Assembly (NCBI GenBank): GCA_049287185.1
Contig: JBAQFI010000004.1
Span: forward strand, 8,125 to 72,124
DNA length: 64,000 bases
Reading direction: 5' to 3'
Origin: Minisyncoccia bacterium
GTDB lineage: Bacteria > Patescibacteriota > Minisyncoccia > Phycocordibacterales > GWA1-40-21
The position numbers and the translations under genes are program-made. The notes under the pieces are model-generated. The model made no database searches. It saw nothing but the letters and a program-made list of their open reading frames with translations, and had not been told where the DNA came from. This document shows, one piece after another, positions 39,840-49,275 of this stretch. Each line of letters starts with the position of its first letter. Position 1 is the stretch's first letter.

Positions 39840-40520
39840 ATGATATTTTTTGATAAAGTTTCCAAAATATATAACGAAGACTCTATTGCTCTAAAGGATA
39901 TCAATCTTACCATCAAGCCCAAAGAGTTTGTTTCGATTGTCGGCCACTCTGGTGCTGGTAAAACTACGCTTCTAAAAATGATCCTAGCTGAAGAAAAACC
40001 TTCAGAAGGCACAGTTTTTTTTGAGTCCGTAAATATACACGGTTTAAGAAAGAATGATATTAATAAAATTCGTCGTCGCATCGGAACAATTTTTCAGGAT
40101 TTTAGACTTTTGTCCAACAAAAATACCTACGAGAATATTGCTTTTGCCATGGAAGCAGCCGGACGTACTGATGATGAAATAGCCGCGGATGTACCCCATG
40201 TTTTAGAATTGGTTGATCTAAGTTCCAAAGCTTTTAGTTTTCCTCATGAACTTTCTGGCGGAGAAAAGCAAAGAGTAGCGATTGCTCGAGCGATTGTTAA
40301 TCAGCCGGATATTATTATTGCCGATGAACCAACCGGAAATCTGGATCCTGTTAACACTTTGGAAATTATCAAGATTTTAAAGAAAATTAATGATTTGGGT
40401 ACAACTATTATTCTAACGACTCACAATAAGGGGGTAGTAGATTCCTTGGAAAAAAGAGTCATTACTATGGAAGCAGGGAAAATCACTCACGATAACAAAG
40501 ATGGACGTTATGTTATATAA
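39840..40520 (+). CDS. ftsE: cell division ATP-binding protein FtsE
   Basis: Walker A GHSGAGKTTLLKMI, ABC signature LSGGEKQRVAIARA, Walker B IIIADEPTGNLD. Followed by ftsX. Confidence 0.9.
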   Translation: MIFFDKVSKIYNEDSIALKDINLTIKPKEFVSIVGHSGAGKTTLLKMILAEEKPSEGTVFFESVNIHGLRKNDINKIRRRIGTIFQDFRLLSNKNTYENIAFAMEAAGRTDDEIAADVPHVLELVDLSSKAFSFPHELSGGEKQRVAIARAIVNQPDIIIADEPTGNLDPVNTLEIIKILKKINDLGTTIILTTHNKGVVDSLEKRVITMEAGKITHDNKDGRYVI

Positions 40521-40531
40521 TATAAATTAGT

Positions 40532-41464
40532 ATGATGTGGATTAATACAAAAAGAATAGTGAGAGCAGGTTTTATAAATTTTTGGCGTAATCGCTTTGTG
40601 TCTTTAGCTGCCGTTCTGGCTATGACCCTAGCCCTTCTCGTTATTAGTACCATCCTATTTCTGTCAGCTATTTTTAATTTCACTTTGGTTCAAGTTAAAG
40701 ATAAAGTAGACATCAGTGTTTATTTTGTTACTTCAGCCACTGAAGAAGATATATTATCTATTAAAAAATCTCTCGAAAGTTTGCCAGAGGTTTTAACAGT
40801 TAGTTATTTAAGTCGAGAACAAGCTTTAGCTGATTTTCGTAATAAACACATTAAAGATGATGAAATTTTACAAGCTTTAAATGAATTACCTGATAACCCG
40901 CTTGAAGCCGCTATCAATATTAAGGCTAAGGATCCGTCACAATATGAAGGTATTGCAAATTTCCTAAAGAGTAATGATGTCTTATCGAAAGATAGCACAC
41001 CGATTATTCGAAAGATAAACTTTGAGGAAAATCAACTAGCTATTGAAAGACTAAACAAAATTATTGATTTGGCTAATAAATTTGGCTTTGGTTTGGCTGT
41101 AGCTTTTATAATCATTTCTATTATCATTACCTTAAACACTATTCGCTTGGTTATTTATATTTCGAAGGATGAAATCTCTGTCATGAGACTAGTTGGTGCT
41201 AGCAGTAAATATGTTAAAGGTCCTTTTATCATTTCCGGTTTAATTTATGGAGTATTTTCTACTATTCTGGTTCTTTTGATATTATTTCCAATTACTTATT
41301 GGCTTTCGAGCGTAACTGGTCGCTTTTTTGCCGGGTTAGATTTGTTTGCCTTCTACGTCAATTCCAAAAATTTCTTACAGATATCCGGAATTCTTTTAGG
41401 CTCGGGACTCTTGGTTGGAGCCGTCTCATCCTTTATGGCCGTTCGTCGATATTTGAAACACTAA
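40532..41464 (+). CDS. ftsX: cell division permease FtsX
   Basis: TM1, large extracellular loop, then three C-terminal TMs (FtsX-like permease topology). Synteny with ftsE. Confidence 0.85.
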   Translation: MMWINTKRIVRAGFINFWRNRFVSLAAVLAMTLALLVISTILFLSAIFNFTLVQVKDKVDISVYFVTSATEEDILSIKKSLESLPEVLTVSYLSREQALADFRNKHIKDDEILQALNELPDNPLEAAINIKAKDPSQYEGIANFLKSNDVLSKDSTPIIRKINFEENQLAIERLNKIIDLANKFGFGLAVAFIIISIIITLNTIRLVIYISKDEISVMRLVGASSKYVKGPFIISGLIYGVFSTILVLLILFPITYWLSSVTGRFFAGLDLFAFYVNSKNFLQISGILLGSGLLVGAVSSFMAVRRYLKH

Positions 41465-41517
41465 AGTTAAACCGGCTAACGCCGGTTTTTCTCTGGTCAT
41501 TATAAGTTAATAATTTT

Positions 41518-43170
41518 ATGAAGAAGAAACATAAATATATATTTGTGGTTGGAGGAGTGATGTCAGGAGTAGGTAAGGGTATTGCCGCTTCTTCTTTGGG
41601 AAGGATTTTGCAGTCCAAAGGTTACAAGGTTAATCCAATTAAAATTGATCCTTATTTAAATGTTGATGCCGGTACTATGAATCCGGTTGAACATGGAGAG
41701 GTTTTTGTCCTTGATGCCGGAACGGAGTGTGATCAAGATATGGGTAACTATGAGCGTTTTATGGAAGTCACTCTAACCCCAGAAGACTATATGACCAGCG
41801 GTATGGTTTATAAACATGTAATTGATAAAGAAAGGGCATTAGGCTATGGTGGCAAGTGTGTAGAGGCCATTCCACACATTACCGGTGAAATAGTTCGAAG
41901 AATAAAAGATTCGGCCGAGAAAAGCGGATCCGACATAACTCTGGTAGAAATTGGTGGCACCATTGGCGATTATCAAAATGTGCTTTTTATTGAAGCAGCG
42001 CGAGCGATGAAACTTCATAGTCCAGAAAATATTCTGTTTGTGATGGTAAGTTATTTACCAGTGCCAGGAACGCTTGGTGAAATGAAAACCCGTCCAACTC
42101 AAAATGCTGTGCGTCAGTTAAATTCTTATGGTGTTCAGCCAGATATCATCATTGCCCGTGGTACAGTAGCTCTCGATGAAAGGCGTAAAGAAAAAATTGC
42201 TTCTGCCTGTGCCATCAAACCAAATCATGTTATTTCGGCCCCGGACATTGAATCTGTTTATGATGTACCGATTAATTTTGAGAGGGATAATATTGGAAAT
42301 ATTGTTCTCAAAGCCTTACACCTACGACCGAAAAATTTGGAAGCAGATCTCAAAGATTGGAAAAAGTTTGTCGAAAAAACCAAAAATTATCGAGGGGACA
42401 TCAACATTGCCGTGGTTGGTAAATATTTTGACTCTGGAGATTTTGTTTTTTCTGATGCTTATGTTTCTGTTATTGAAGCGATGAAATATTCTTGTTATTG
42501 GCTCGACCGCAAGGCAAAATTAACCTGGATTAATTCTAAATTAATTGAAACTGGAGAAGTAAAACTGACCGACCTAGATAAATTTGATGGAGTACTCGTT
42601 CCGGGAGGTTTCGGTTCATCGGGTATTGAAGGTGTAATATCCAGTATTAAATATGCTCGTGAAAATAATATTCCATATTTTGGCTTGTGTTACGGTATGC
42701 AACTTATGGTAATTGAATATGCCAGAAATGTTTTAGGTTGGAAAGACGCCAATACAGCAGAAATAAATCCAAAATCAAAACACTTAGTAATTGATGTTAT
42801 GCCGGATCAAAAAAAGAAAATTGCCGATGGTAATTACGGTGGTAGTATGAGACTCGGCGCCTATCCAGCCAAAATCAAGTCTGGAACCCTGGCTAGGGAA
42901 GCCTACAAGGAGGAAATCGTTTCTGAACGTCATCGTCACCGCTACGAAGTGAATCCAGAGTACATTAAAGATATAGTAAAAGCTGGTTTGGTTTTCTCTG
43001 GTACTTCACCTGATGAGCTTTTGATGGAAATTGCCGAATTACCAAAGAATAAACACCCGTTCTTTTTAGGCACTCAATTTCATCCAGAATTTAAAGCAAA
43101 GCCATTGAACCCCCATCCACTTTTTACGGCTTTTGCTAAAGCCGCCAAGAAGCGCTCGGAAGAAAAATAG
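41518..43170 (+). CDS. pyrG: CTP synthase
   Basis: N-terminal KYIFVVGGVMSGVGKGIAASSLG, C-terminal glutamine amidotransferase with GLCYGMQ catalytic Cys and HPEF. Confidence 0.95.
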   Translation: MKKKHKYIFVVGGVMSGVGKGIAASSLGRILQSKGYKVNPIKIDPYLNVDAGTMNPVEHGEVFVLDAGTECDQDMGNYERFMEVTLTPEDYMTSGMVYKHVIDKERALGYGGKCVEAIPHITGEIVRRIKDSAEKSGSDITLVEIGGTIGDYQNVLFIEAARAMKLHSPENILFVMVSYLPVPGTLGEMKTRPTQNAVRQLNSYGVQPDIIIARGTVALDERRKEKIASACAIKPNHVISAPDIESVYDVPINFERDNIGNIVLKALHLRPKNLEADLKDWKKFVEKTKNYRGDINIAVVGKYFDSGDFVFSDAYVSVIEAMKYSCYWLDRKAKLTWINSKLIETGEVKLTDLDKFDGVLVPGGFGSSGIEGVISSIKYARENNIPYFGLCYGMQLMVIEYARNVLGWKDANTAEINPKSKHLVIDVMPDQKKKIADGNYGGSMRLGAYPAKIKSGTLAREAYKEEIVSERHRHRYEVNPEYIKDIVKAGLVFSGTSPDELLMEIAELPKNKHPFFLGTQFHPEFKAKPLNPHPLFTAFAKAAKKRSEEK

Positions 43171-43205
43171 TTCTAAAATACTTTACTATTTTTTTAGGAA
43201 AAAAG

Positions 43206-43232
43206 AAAACCGAGTTTTTTAAGCTCGGTTTT
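43206..43232 (+). terminator. rho-independent terminator after pyrG
   Basis: aaaaccgag-ttttttaa-gctcggtttt. Confidence 0.75.
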
Positions 43233-43250
43233 AAAATTTGAAACAATATT

Positions 43251-43490
43251 TCAGGCGGCCAGGAACTTGGCATCGGTCTTCTTTTCGACAGGGAAAAGGA
43301 TTTTTTTGTGATTCACGTCGGTGATGTCCGTGATTCTTACGATGTCGCCAAAGCTTATCTCGACACCACTGCTGTAGGTCAAAAAGCTTTTACCCTTTTT
43401 GTACAGATTACCTTTGTAGAAAATCTGTTCTCTCTTCAACTCAATGACGAACTCACCTTTAAACGCCTCAAAGTCTTCTGGTTTATCCAT
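43251..43490 (-). CDS. hypothetical protein (79 aa)
   Basis: ORF starts MDKPEDFEAF. No motif. Confidence 0.35.
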   Translation of the reverse strand: MDKPEDFEAFKGEFVIELKREQIFYKGNLYKKGKSFLTYSSGVEISFGDIVRITDITDVNHKKILFPVEKKTDAKFLAA

Positions 43491-43602
43491 TCTGGACCCC
43501 TTTTGTTTCAGGCTGACACATCAGTGTCTATTGCCTTTTTGTTATAAAATAAATGAACAGGACCAAGAAAAAGGATACTACACTATTAAAAATAAGTCAA
43601 TA

Positions 43603-44121
43603 CTAGAGTTTACGGCTATCATAGGCCCAATGAAGGACTGCTTGGCGTTGTTTTCTGTGGCAGAAGAAGTCACCCACGCGACAATTTTTTGAGATTTGAG
43701 CAGTATGTCTGGTCATGGCTAGCCAACGTTTTATCTGCCGTTCATCTTCCTTTGGTAGCCGTCTGCCCATGTAATAGCGACAATACCATTGAAACCAGCC
43801 TCGAGGATCTTCTTTGTAAATCCAGCCTTTCTTGCGCCAGACTGACAATGGCTGACTAGCATTAACTTTGAATAGATTAATTTTAGGATCGTGAATATAA
43901 CTATCCTTCTTTTGGAATTTAGCTTTAGTAAACCAATTTTTAGGAAACTCTTCAGTACAATCACGCAGATAGACTCCACCAAAAACACCCAAGGCCAGCA
44001 TTTCTTTAGGCGTAAGTTCTGGTTTAAACCTTGGGTCAAAATTGTTACCAATGGGAGCAGAAAGAACATATTTATAGTTCCTTTGCATTTTGTCGTTTAC
44101 GGTAATAATTTTGCTTCTCAT
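43603..44121 (-). CDS. conserved hypothetical protein (172 aa), Trp/Tyr/Arg-rich core
   Basis: Distinctive segment DPRGWFQWYCRYYMGRRLPKEDERQIKRWL. No family assigned from memory. Confidence 0.4.
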   Translation of the reverse strand: MRSKIITVNDKMQRNYKYVLSAPIGNNFDPRFKPELTPKEMLALGVFGGVYLRDCTEEFPKNWFTKAKFQKKDSYIHDPKINLFKVNASQPLSVWRKKGWIYKEDPRGWFQWYCRYYMGRRLPKEDERQIKRWLAMTRHTAQISKNCRVGDFFCHRKQRQAVLHWAYDSRKL

Positions 44122-44143
44122 AAAAAACTTCTAATATTTCACC

Positions 44144-44299
44144 CTACATACTAAAGAAATTTCCGAGATAGTATGGCCAGATGACTAGCCCAAGAACACC
44201 AGACCAGAATGATAGGTGAAGGTAGCCAATAGTAAACAGCCAACCAATAATCCAGATAAAGCAAACACAACCACTTTGTTCAATTTTAATCTTTTGCAT
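44144..44299 (-). CDS. small two-TM hydrophobic protein (51 aa), possibly Pmp3/YqaE-like
   Basis: Minus-strand translation MQKIKIEQSGCVCFIWIIGWLFTIGYLHLSFWSGVLGLVIWPYYLGNFFSM. It falls below the ORF-track length cutoff. Confidence 0.3.
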   Translation of the reverse strand: MQKIKIEQSGCVCFIWIIGWLFTIGYLHLSFWSGVLGLVIWPYYLGNFFSM

Positions 44300-44359
44300 A
44301 ATATTAAAATTACCTATTAATGAAATAATTGTAGCACATTTATAGTCCTGATCTGCAAA

Positions 44360-44433
44360 GCTGGGGGACCTGGACTCGAACCAGAATACCCGCCTCCAGA
44401 GGGCGATGTCCTACCATTAGACGATCCCCCAGC
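44360..44433 (-). tRNA. tRNA-Gln (CUG)
   Basis: Minus-strand read: acceptor CUGGGGG/CCCCCAG, anticodon arm UCGCC-cuCUGga-GGCGG, T-arm CUGGU-UCGAGUC-CAGG. The exact 5' end is ambiguous by 1 nt. Confidence 0.7.
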
Positions 44434-44568
44434 TTTATAGACCAATATTATTGTGTACAAAAATAATACTAACTCACTTAGAATAGCAGAAAACGCCGTT
44501 TTTTCAAGGTAATGCTTTTTGACTATATTTTTGTTAATAGTATGATTCAAACATAACTTAAATATAAT

Positions 44569-44898
44569 ATGTCAAAAATAATTAATGTTAGTCAAAATGA
44601 CTTTGTAGAAATAGTTTTGAAATCAGAAACTTTAGTTCTGGTGGACTTTTGGGCACCATGGTGTGGACCGTGCAAGATGATGGGACCGGTTTTGGAACAA
44701 TTAGCAGAAATGATGGGGGAGAAGGCTAAAATTGTAAAAGTTAATGTGGACAAACCAGACAATCAAGGTCTAGCCAGAGACTATGAAGTTTTTAGTATTC
44801 CAAGCTTAAAAATCTTTAAAAACGGTCAAATAATCCATGAATTAGGAGGTTTTATTCCAGCTCAACTACTCAAGAAAGAACTAGAAAACTTTCTCTAG
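44569..44898 (+). CDS. trxA: thioredoxin
   Basis: FWAPWCGPCKMMGP active site (WCGPC), 109 aa. Confidence 0.9.
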   Translation: MSKIINVSQNDFVEIVLKSETLVLVDFWAPWCGPCKMMGPVLEQLAEMMGEKAKIVKVNVDKPDNQGLARDYEVFSIPSLKIFKNGQIIHELGGFIPAQLLKKELENFL

Positions 44899-44951
44899 AC
44901 GGCCTGTTCTACAGTGGTATAATATGATAAAGGTCGTTTACTATTTTTAAT

Positions 44952-45164
44952 ATGAAAAATATGAAACTTCTCAACATTACTACATTAATCCTAGTTATCG
45001 TTGGTGCTTTGAACTGGGGTCTAGTCGGTGCTTTAGATTTTAACTTAGTATCATTCCTACTTGGAATGGGTATGTTAGCTAACACCGTTTACGTTCTTGT
45101 TGGTATTTCTGCTGTATATCAAGCTATCGTGGCTTTCAAAAAGCCAGCAGCTCCGATGATGTAG
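44952..45164 (+). CDS. DUF378-family small membrane protein
   Basis: 70 aa, two TM, LILVIVGALNWGLVGALDFNLVSFLLG matches the DUF378 pattern. Confidence 0.6.
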   Translation: MKNMKLLNITTLILVIVGALNWGLVGALDFNLVSFLLGMGMLANTVYVLVGISAVYQAIVAFKKPAAPMM

Positions 45165-45199
45165 TAGTTTAATGATCATGATCATTACGCAAAATCCTC

Positions 45200-45901
45200 T
45201 TATATAAGAGGATTTTGTTTTGGTAGACCGGGTAAGCGGGGAAATTCGTCCGGAGTTTCCCTAATTTTTTCAATAATGATGAGTTGACGGTCAGTTAGAC
45301 CTGCTACGTCTATTTTAATAATCTCTTTAATTTTTCCACCCAAGATTTCAATAGCTCTTTTAGAATCTTCCACTTCACTATCACTAACAGCTTTTTGAGC
45401 AATAAAAATTCCACCAACTCTGACCAAGGGGAGTGTATATTCACAGAGGACAGGTAAATAAGCAACGGCACGGGCGAGTGCGACGTCAAATTTTTCTCGG
45501 TAACGATCGCTCTGGCCGATTTCTTCCGCCCGGTTGTTTATAGCAATAGTCCCTTTTAAGCCGAGTTTTTGAATTACATTATTTATAAAATTTACTTTCT
45601 TGCCAGTCGAGTCGGTCAAAGTCATATTTAACTCCGGTTGAGCAATCTTGATAGGCAGACCTGGAAAACCAGCCCCTGAACCAATATCAATCACTTTTTT
45701 AGCGTCTTTTGGTAGGTAGGGAATAATAGTCAAAGAATCGACAAAATGTTTCTTTAAAACCTCATCTTTTTCTTTAATTGCTGTAAGATTAAATTTTTCA
45801 TTCCATTCAGTTAACTCATTGAAAAAAATATCAAAAGATTCTAATTGTCCTTTTGATAGTCTGATACCCATTTTTTCGGCTTCAACACGTAATTCTTCCA
45901 T
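45200..45901 (-). CDS. rsmG: 16S rRNA (guanine527-N7)-methyltransferase RsmG (GidB)
   Basis: SAM-binding IDIGSGAGFPGLPIKI, FDVALARAVA, overall GidB length and layout. Confidence 0.85.
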   Translation of the reverse strand: MEELRVEAEKMGIRLSKGQLESFDIFFNELTEWNEKFNLTAIKEKDEVLKKHFVDSLTIIPYLPKDAKKVIDIGSGAGFPGLPIKIAQPELNMTLTDSTGKKVNFINNVIQKLGLKGTIAINNRAEEIGQSDRYREKFDVALARAVAYLPVLCEYTLPLVRVGGIFIAQKAVSDSEVEDSKRAIEILGGKIKEIIKIDVAGLTDRQLIIIEKIRETPDEFPRLPGLPKQNPLI

Positions 45902-46244
45902 GAAGACTATCTTAGCATAAATCCTGAAATTTTGAAGCTAAGCTTGCTATTTACAGAGTCTATCCAAGATTTAACCAGAATTAAAAAAGAATTTTATATA
46001 AAAACACCTTGTCTGATAAAACATTAAAATTTTGGCTGCAAATCTGCAAATTATTCGTCAAGAGAGGAATCTATCCTTCCTCAAAATTTTTTCGTTTTAT
46101 CTAGACATTAAATCTTGGACAGACTCTTAATTTTCTGTTAGATTTAAAAAAGAAAATGAACATTAAAAACTAAATTGAAAGGAAAGGAGATCAAACCAGC
46201 ATTTTGTCTTAGATTCTAAACAAAACTAAAGCAGGAGACTTAAA

Positions 46245-47621
46245 ATGAGTAATTATATCCAACCGACAGTTAAGTTATTAGATTGTACACAAATCGACCC
46301 GGCAGTTCTCGCATCACTAGCTGGTAAAACAGCCTACAACGCTGAATTACCGGCTCTTGACGGGAAAATGCTTGATGTAGAAGGGAAGTTGTTTGGCACT
46401 GGCCATCATACCACCCTAGAACACGCATCGTTTGTTTTTGCCATTGATGGTCTATCAGTTTCGGCTGTAACTTTCGGGCTTCATCTGAATCATCCGTTTT
46501 ATAATACGGATCAGAGAAGTGGTCGTTATTGTGCCAAAATGTTTCTCGAACCAAATTTTGAGAACATTGAGGGTTACCTCCGATATTTCTGGCCGGAGCT
46601 TTCCGAAGAAAATGTGAAGCTTGCGATGGATTACGTCAAACAGTCAGTAGCTGTGTATCATAAAAATATTTCGGCGGCTGAAGAATTGGCCCAGAAATAT
46701 TTTGCTGTTGAGAGGCCATTTGCCTCAAAAACGGTAAAGGATAATGCTAAAAAAATTGCCCAGGAGCAGTTGCGGATGTTTATTCCGACGATTTTTCCCA
46801 CTGGGTTACAGTACACTTGTGACTTAATCACAATTGTCAGTATGTGGCTCGTGGCCTGGTCGCCGGAAATGCGTTTTGTCACGGACAAGATGAAGGATCT
46901 GGTTTTGGGAAAATATCCCAGCCTGGGATTCATATTCAATGAATCTGAGCGCTTGAAAGTTGATTGGCATCCAAAGATTCCTCTGTTCGTGGTAGGAGTC
47001 AAACATAAGCCAGAATGTTCAATTCTGGAAAAATGTGATGCCATGAGTGTCGACATTGATCCAGCTCATTTGGGTCCGACCGATCTTTTACCTTTTGCGC
47101 CACAGTATATGAATAATAACGTTGCACTTTTGAAAACGTCAGTTCATATTTCTGTGGCGACTATGGGGCAAGATCAACGCCATCGAACGATTCATCGTTG
47201 CAGTCCGGAATTTTCTGGTTCCTTCTATCTGCCACCTCTATTAGACGAGATGGGACTGGAAGAAGAAATGATGAAAATGTCTTCACAATGGATTGACGTG
47301 TTGCGAAAAGTCTTACCGAAGACTTTGCTTACCGCCTTGGCCCCCTATGGAGCGATGGTACGGTATCGTAAGTCCACTAATCTCAATGCCTTTGCGCACG
47401 AGCAGGCTAAGAGACTGTGCTGGTGTGCGCAAGAAGAAATATACCATCTCAATAGGATATTATATTTTATTGCTGATACCAAAGCACCAGGAATCAGAGA
47501 ACTTATGATGCCACCGTGTTCTAAAGGTAAATGTGCTGAAGCGAAGGGTGGTCGTTATTGCGGACGTTGTCTAAGTAAGGTCCGCAAGTCTGGCGAGTTC
47601 CTTCTCGAAAGAAAAGTATAA
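46245..47621 (+). CDS. tandem ThyX-like protein (two flavin-dependent thymidylate synthase-like halves + C-terminal Cys4 zinc ribbon)
   Basis: N-half GHHTTLEHASFVFAIDG...LNHPFYNTDQRSGRY aligns to ThyX GHETPFEHIVFTFHVKA...FRHRIASYNELSGRY, but RHR is replaced by NHP. C-half has QRHRTIHRCSPEFSGSFY (RHR...SG), RKVLPKTLLT, NLNAF and AQEEIYHLNRIL (the ThyX LP..T / N.R / AQ.EI pattern). It ends in CSKGKCAEAKGGRYCGRC. Confidence 0.55.
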   Translation: MSNYIQPTVKLLDCTQIDPAVLASLAGKTAYNAELPALDGKMLDVEGKLFGTGHHTTLEHASFVFAIDGLSVSAVTFGLHLNHPFYNTDQRSGRYCAKMFLEPNFENIEGYLRYFWPELSEENVKLAMDYVKQSVAVYHKNISAAEELAQKYFAVERPFASKTVKDNAKKIAQEQLRMFIPTIFPTGLQYTCDLITIVSMWLVAWSPEMRFVTDKMKDLVLGKYPSLGFIFNESERLKVDWHPKIPLFVVGVKHKPECSILEKCDAMSVDIDPAHLGPTDLLPFAPQYMNNNVALLKTSVHISVATMGQDQRHRTIHRCSPEFSGSFYLPPLLDEMGLEEEMMKMSSQWIDVLRKVLPKTLLTALAPYGAMVRYRKSTNLNAFAHEQAKRLCWCAQEEIYHLNRILYFIADTKAPGIRELMMPPCSKGKCAEAKGGRYCGRCLSKVRKSGEFLLERKV

Positions 47622-47645
47622 ACCAAGGTTAATTAACCTTAAACA

Positions 47646-47670
47646 AAGCAGCTTGAAAGGGCTGCTTTTA
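47646..47670 (+). terminator. terminator after the ThyX-like gene
   Basis: aaagcagc-ttgaaagg-gctgctttta, preceded by palindrome aaggttaattaacctt. Confidence 0.6.
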
Positions 47671-47691
47671 TTATTCTATATATAGTTTATA

Positions 47692-49227
47692 ATGTCTCTA
47701 TCTATGGATTTTTTGTTAAATTTTTTATCTGGTATTCAGGCGATAGGGCACTGGGGTTATCTCGTGGCTTTTCTTTTTGCCTTCTTGGAATCATTGGCGA
47801 TGGTAGGTGGTTTTATTCCTGGTTCAACGGCAGTAGTTTTTTTGGGCTTTATGTGTTTCCAGGGTTATTTGAATATTTACATATTGCTACTTGTTGTCGT
47901 CATCGGGGCAATCTCTGGGGATAACATAAGCTATTGGCTCGGTACTAAAGGCAAGGGATACTTTAAAGAGGAGAACAAAATTCTTAAGACTCAGCATTTG
48001 CAAGTCAGTGAAAAATTCTTTGCTAAGCATGGAAATAAAAGTATTATTCTAGGACGTTTTATTGGAGTGATTAGGCCAATGGTTCCTTTTACGGCTGGAC
48101 TTTCCAGGATGAAATATAAAATATTTTTGTTTTGGACTGTAGTCGGGGGTATTATTTGGGCCACGTTCCATATTTGTTTAGGTTACTTCTTTGGTGGTGC
48201 TCTAGAATTAATTAGATTTTGGACTCACCGAATTGGTCTCGTGGCCTTTATTTTAATTGTGGCTGTGGCTATTGGTTGGTATCTGCTTAAAAAGGCCAAG
48301 CCAACCGCCATGGCGGTGGTTAAAGTTCTGTCACTTGAAGAAAAATATCTAGACAATACTTCCTTTGTTAGATTGTGTTTTGATTATTTTTCTATCTCGA
48401 ATATAAAAAATAATTTTTATGGTTGGCCATTAGTCGTTCTTGGTTTTGTTGTTTCCGGAGCAGTCATTTTGTTTACATTGTTAGCCGATAATTTCTTAGA
48501 CTCTAACACCCTAAACTATTTTGATGATTTAGTTTCTGGTTTCTTTTATTTTATAAGAGACCCATTATTTGTTGATATTTTTGTTTGGATTTCCTTGTTA
48601 TGTAAGGCCGAGGTTATTATTATTCTAGCAGCTTTTATTGCCTTGGGTTTTTATATATATGATAAAAAATACATAATTCTGCCTTTCTTGCTAAGTGTTG
48701 GAGGTAGTGCTGGTCTCGGTTTATTTATAAAAACATTGATTGATCGCCCAAGACCACTGTTTTTTCCTCCAGTTTATTTTGAGCCAAGCTGGTCTTTTCC
48801 AAGTGGTCACTCCATACTCGCAGTTACTCTTTATGGTTTCTTAATCTATTATTTTTTGCGTTTCTGGTCACAAACCAAGAGTTATCTTTATAATCTTTCG
48901 TTAACTTTATCGGGTCTAATTGTCATCGTTGCTATAGGTTTTAGTCGCCTTTATCTCGGTGTTCACTACTTTTCTGACGTTGTCGGTGGTTATATTATTG
49001 GTTTCTTGATACTAGCCACAGTAATTGTAATCAATGAATGGTGTATATATCGAGGTTTGGATAGAAAAATTAATGACTATTTATTAGATCACACGATTTG
49101 TTCGAATGGTGTGAGAAAAAATACTATATTTATCTTGATTGGTATTTTTATTGTTTTCTTTATAATTTTTGGTCTGTATTTTTATCATCCTATCTATTTA
49201 GTAGATCCAGGTTTGGTTTTGTTTTAA
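47692..49227 (+). CDS. DedA-family (SNARE-associated) domain fused to PAP2 phosphatase (undecaprenyl-diphosphatase-like)
   Basis: N-terminal DedA-type TMs (GYLVAFLFAFLESLAMVGGFIPGS). C-terminal PAP2 motifs KTLIDRPRP, SFPSGHS, SRLYLGVHYFSDVVGG. Confidence 0.7.
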   Translation: MSLSMDFLLNFLSGIQAIGHWGYLVAFLFAFLESLAMVGGFIPGSTAVVFLGFMCFQGYLNIYILLLVVVIGAISGDNISYWLGTKGKGYFKEENKILKTQHLQVSEKFFAKHGNKSIILGRFIGVIRPMVPFTAGLSRMKYKIFLFWTVVGGIIWATFHICLGYFFGGALELIRFWTHRIGLVAFILIVAVAIGWYLLKKAKPTAMAVVKVLSLEEKYLDNTSFVRLCFDYFSISNIKNNFYGWPLVVLGFVVSGAVILFTLLADNFLDSNTLNYFDDLVSGFFYFIRDPLFVDIFVWISLLCKAEVIIILAAFIALGFYIYDKKYIILPFLLSVGGSAGLGLFIKTLIDRPRPLFFPPVYFEPSWSFPSGHSILAVTLYGFLIYYFLRFWSQTKSYLYNLSLTLSGLIVIVAIGFSRLYLGVHYFSDVVGGYIIGFLILATVIVINEWCIYRGLDRKINDYLLDHTICSNGVRKNTIFILIGIFIVFFIIFGLYFYHPIYLVDPGLVLF

Positions 49228-49275
49228 CCCGATTCCACGACTTCTTTTTTAGTCAATTTCTGCTAGAATTAGCCA

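Noticed and set aside
45169-45184. Perfect 16-bp palindrome aatgatcatgatcatt after the DUF378 gene
   Set aside because: Single occurrence between convergent genes and adjacent to a clear terminator hairpin. Most simply part of the bidirectional terminator region rather than a regulatory site.
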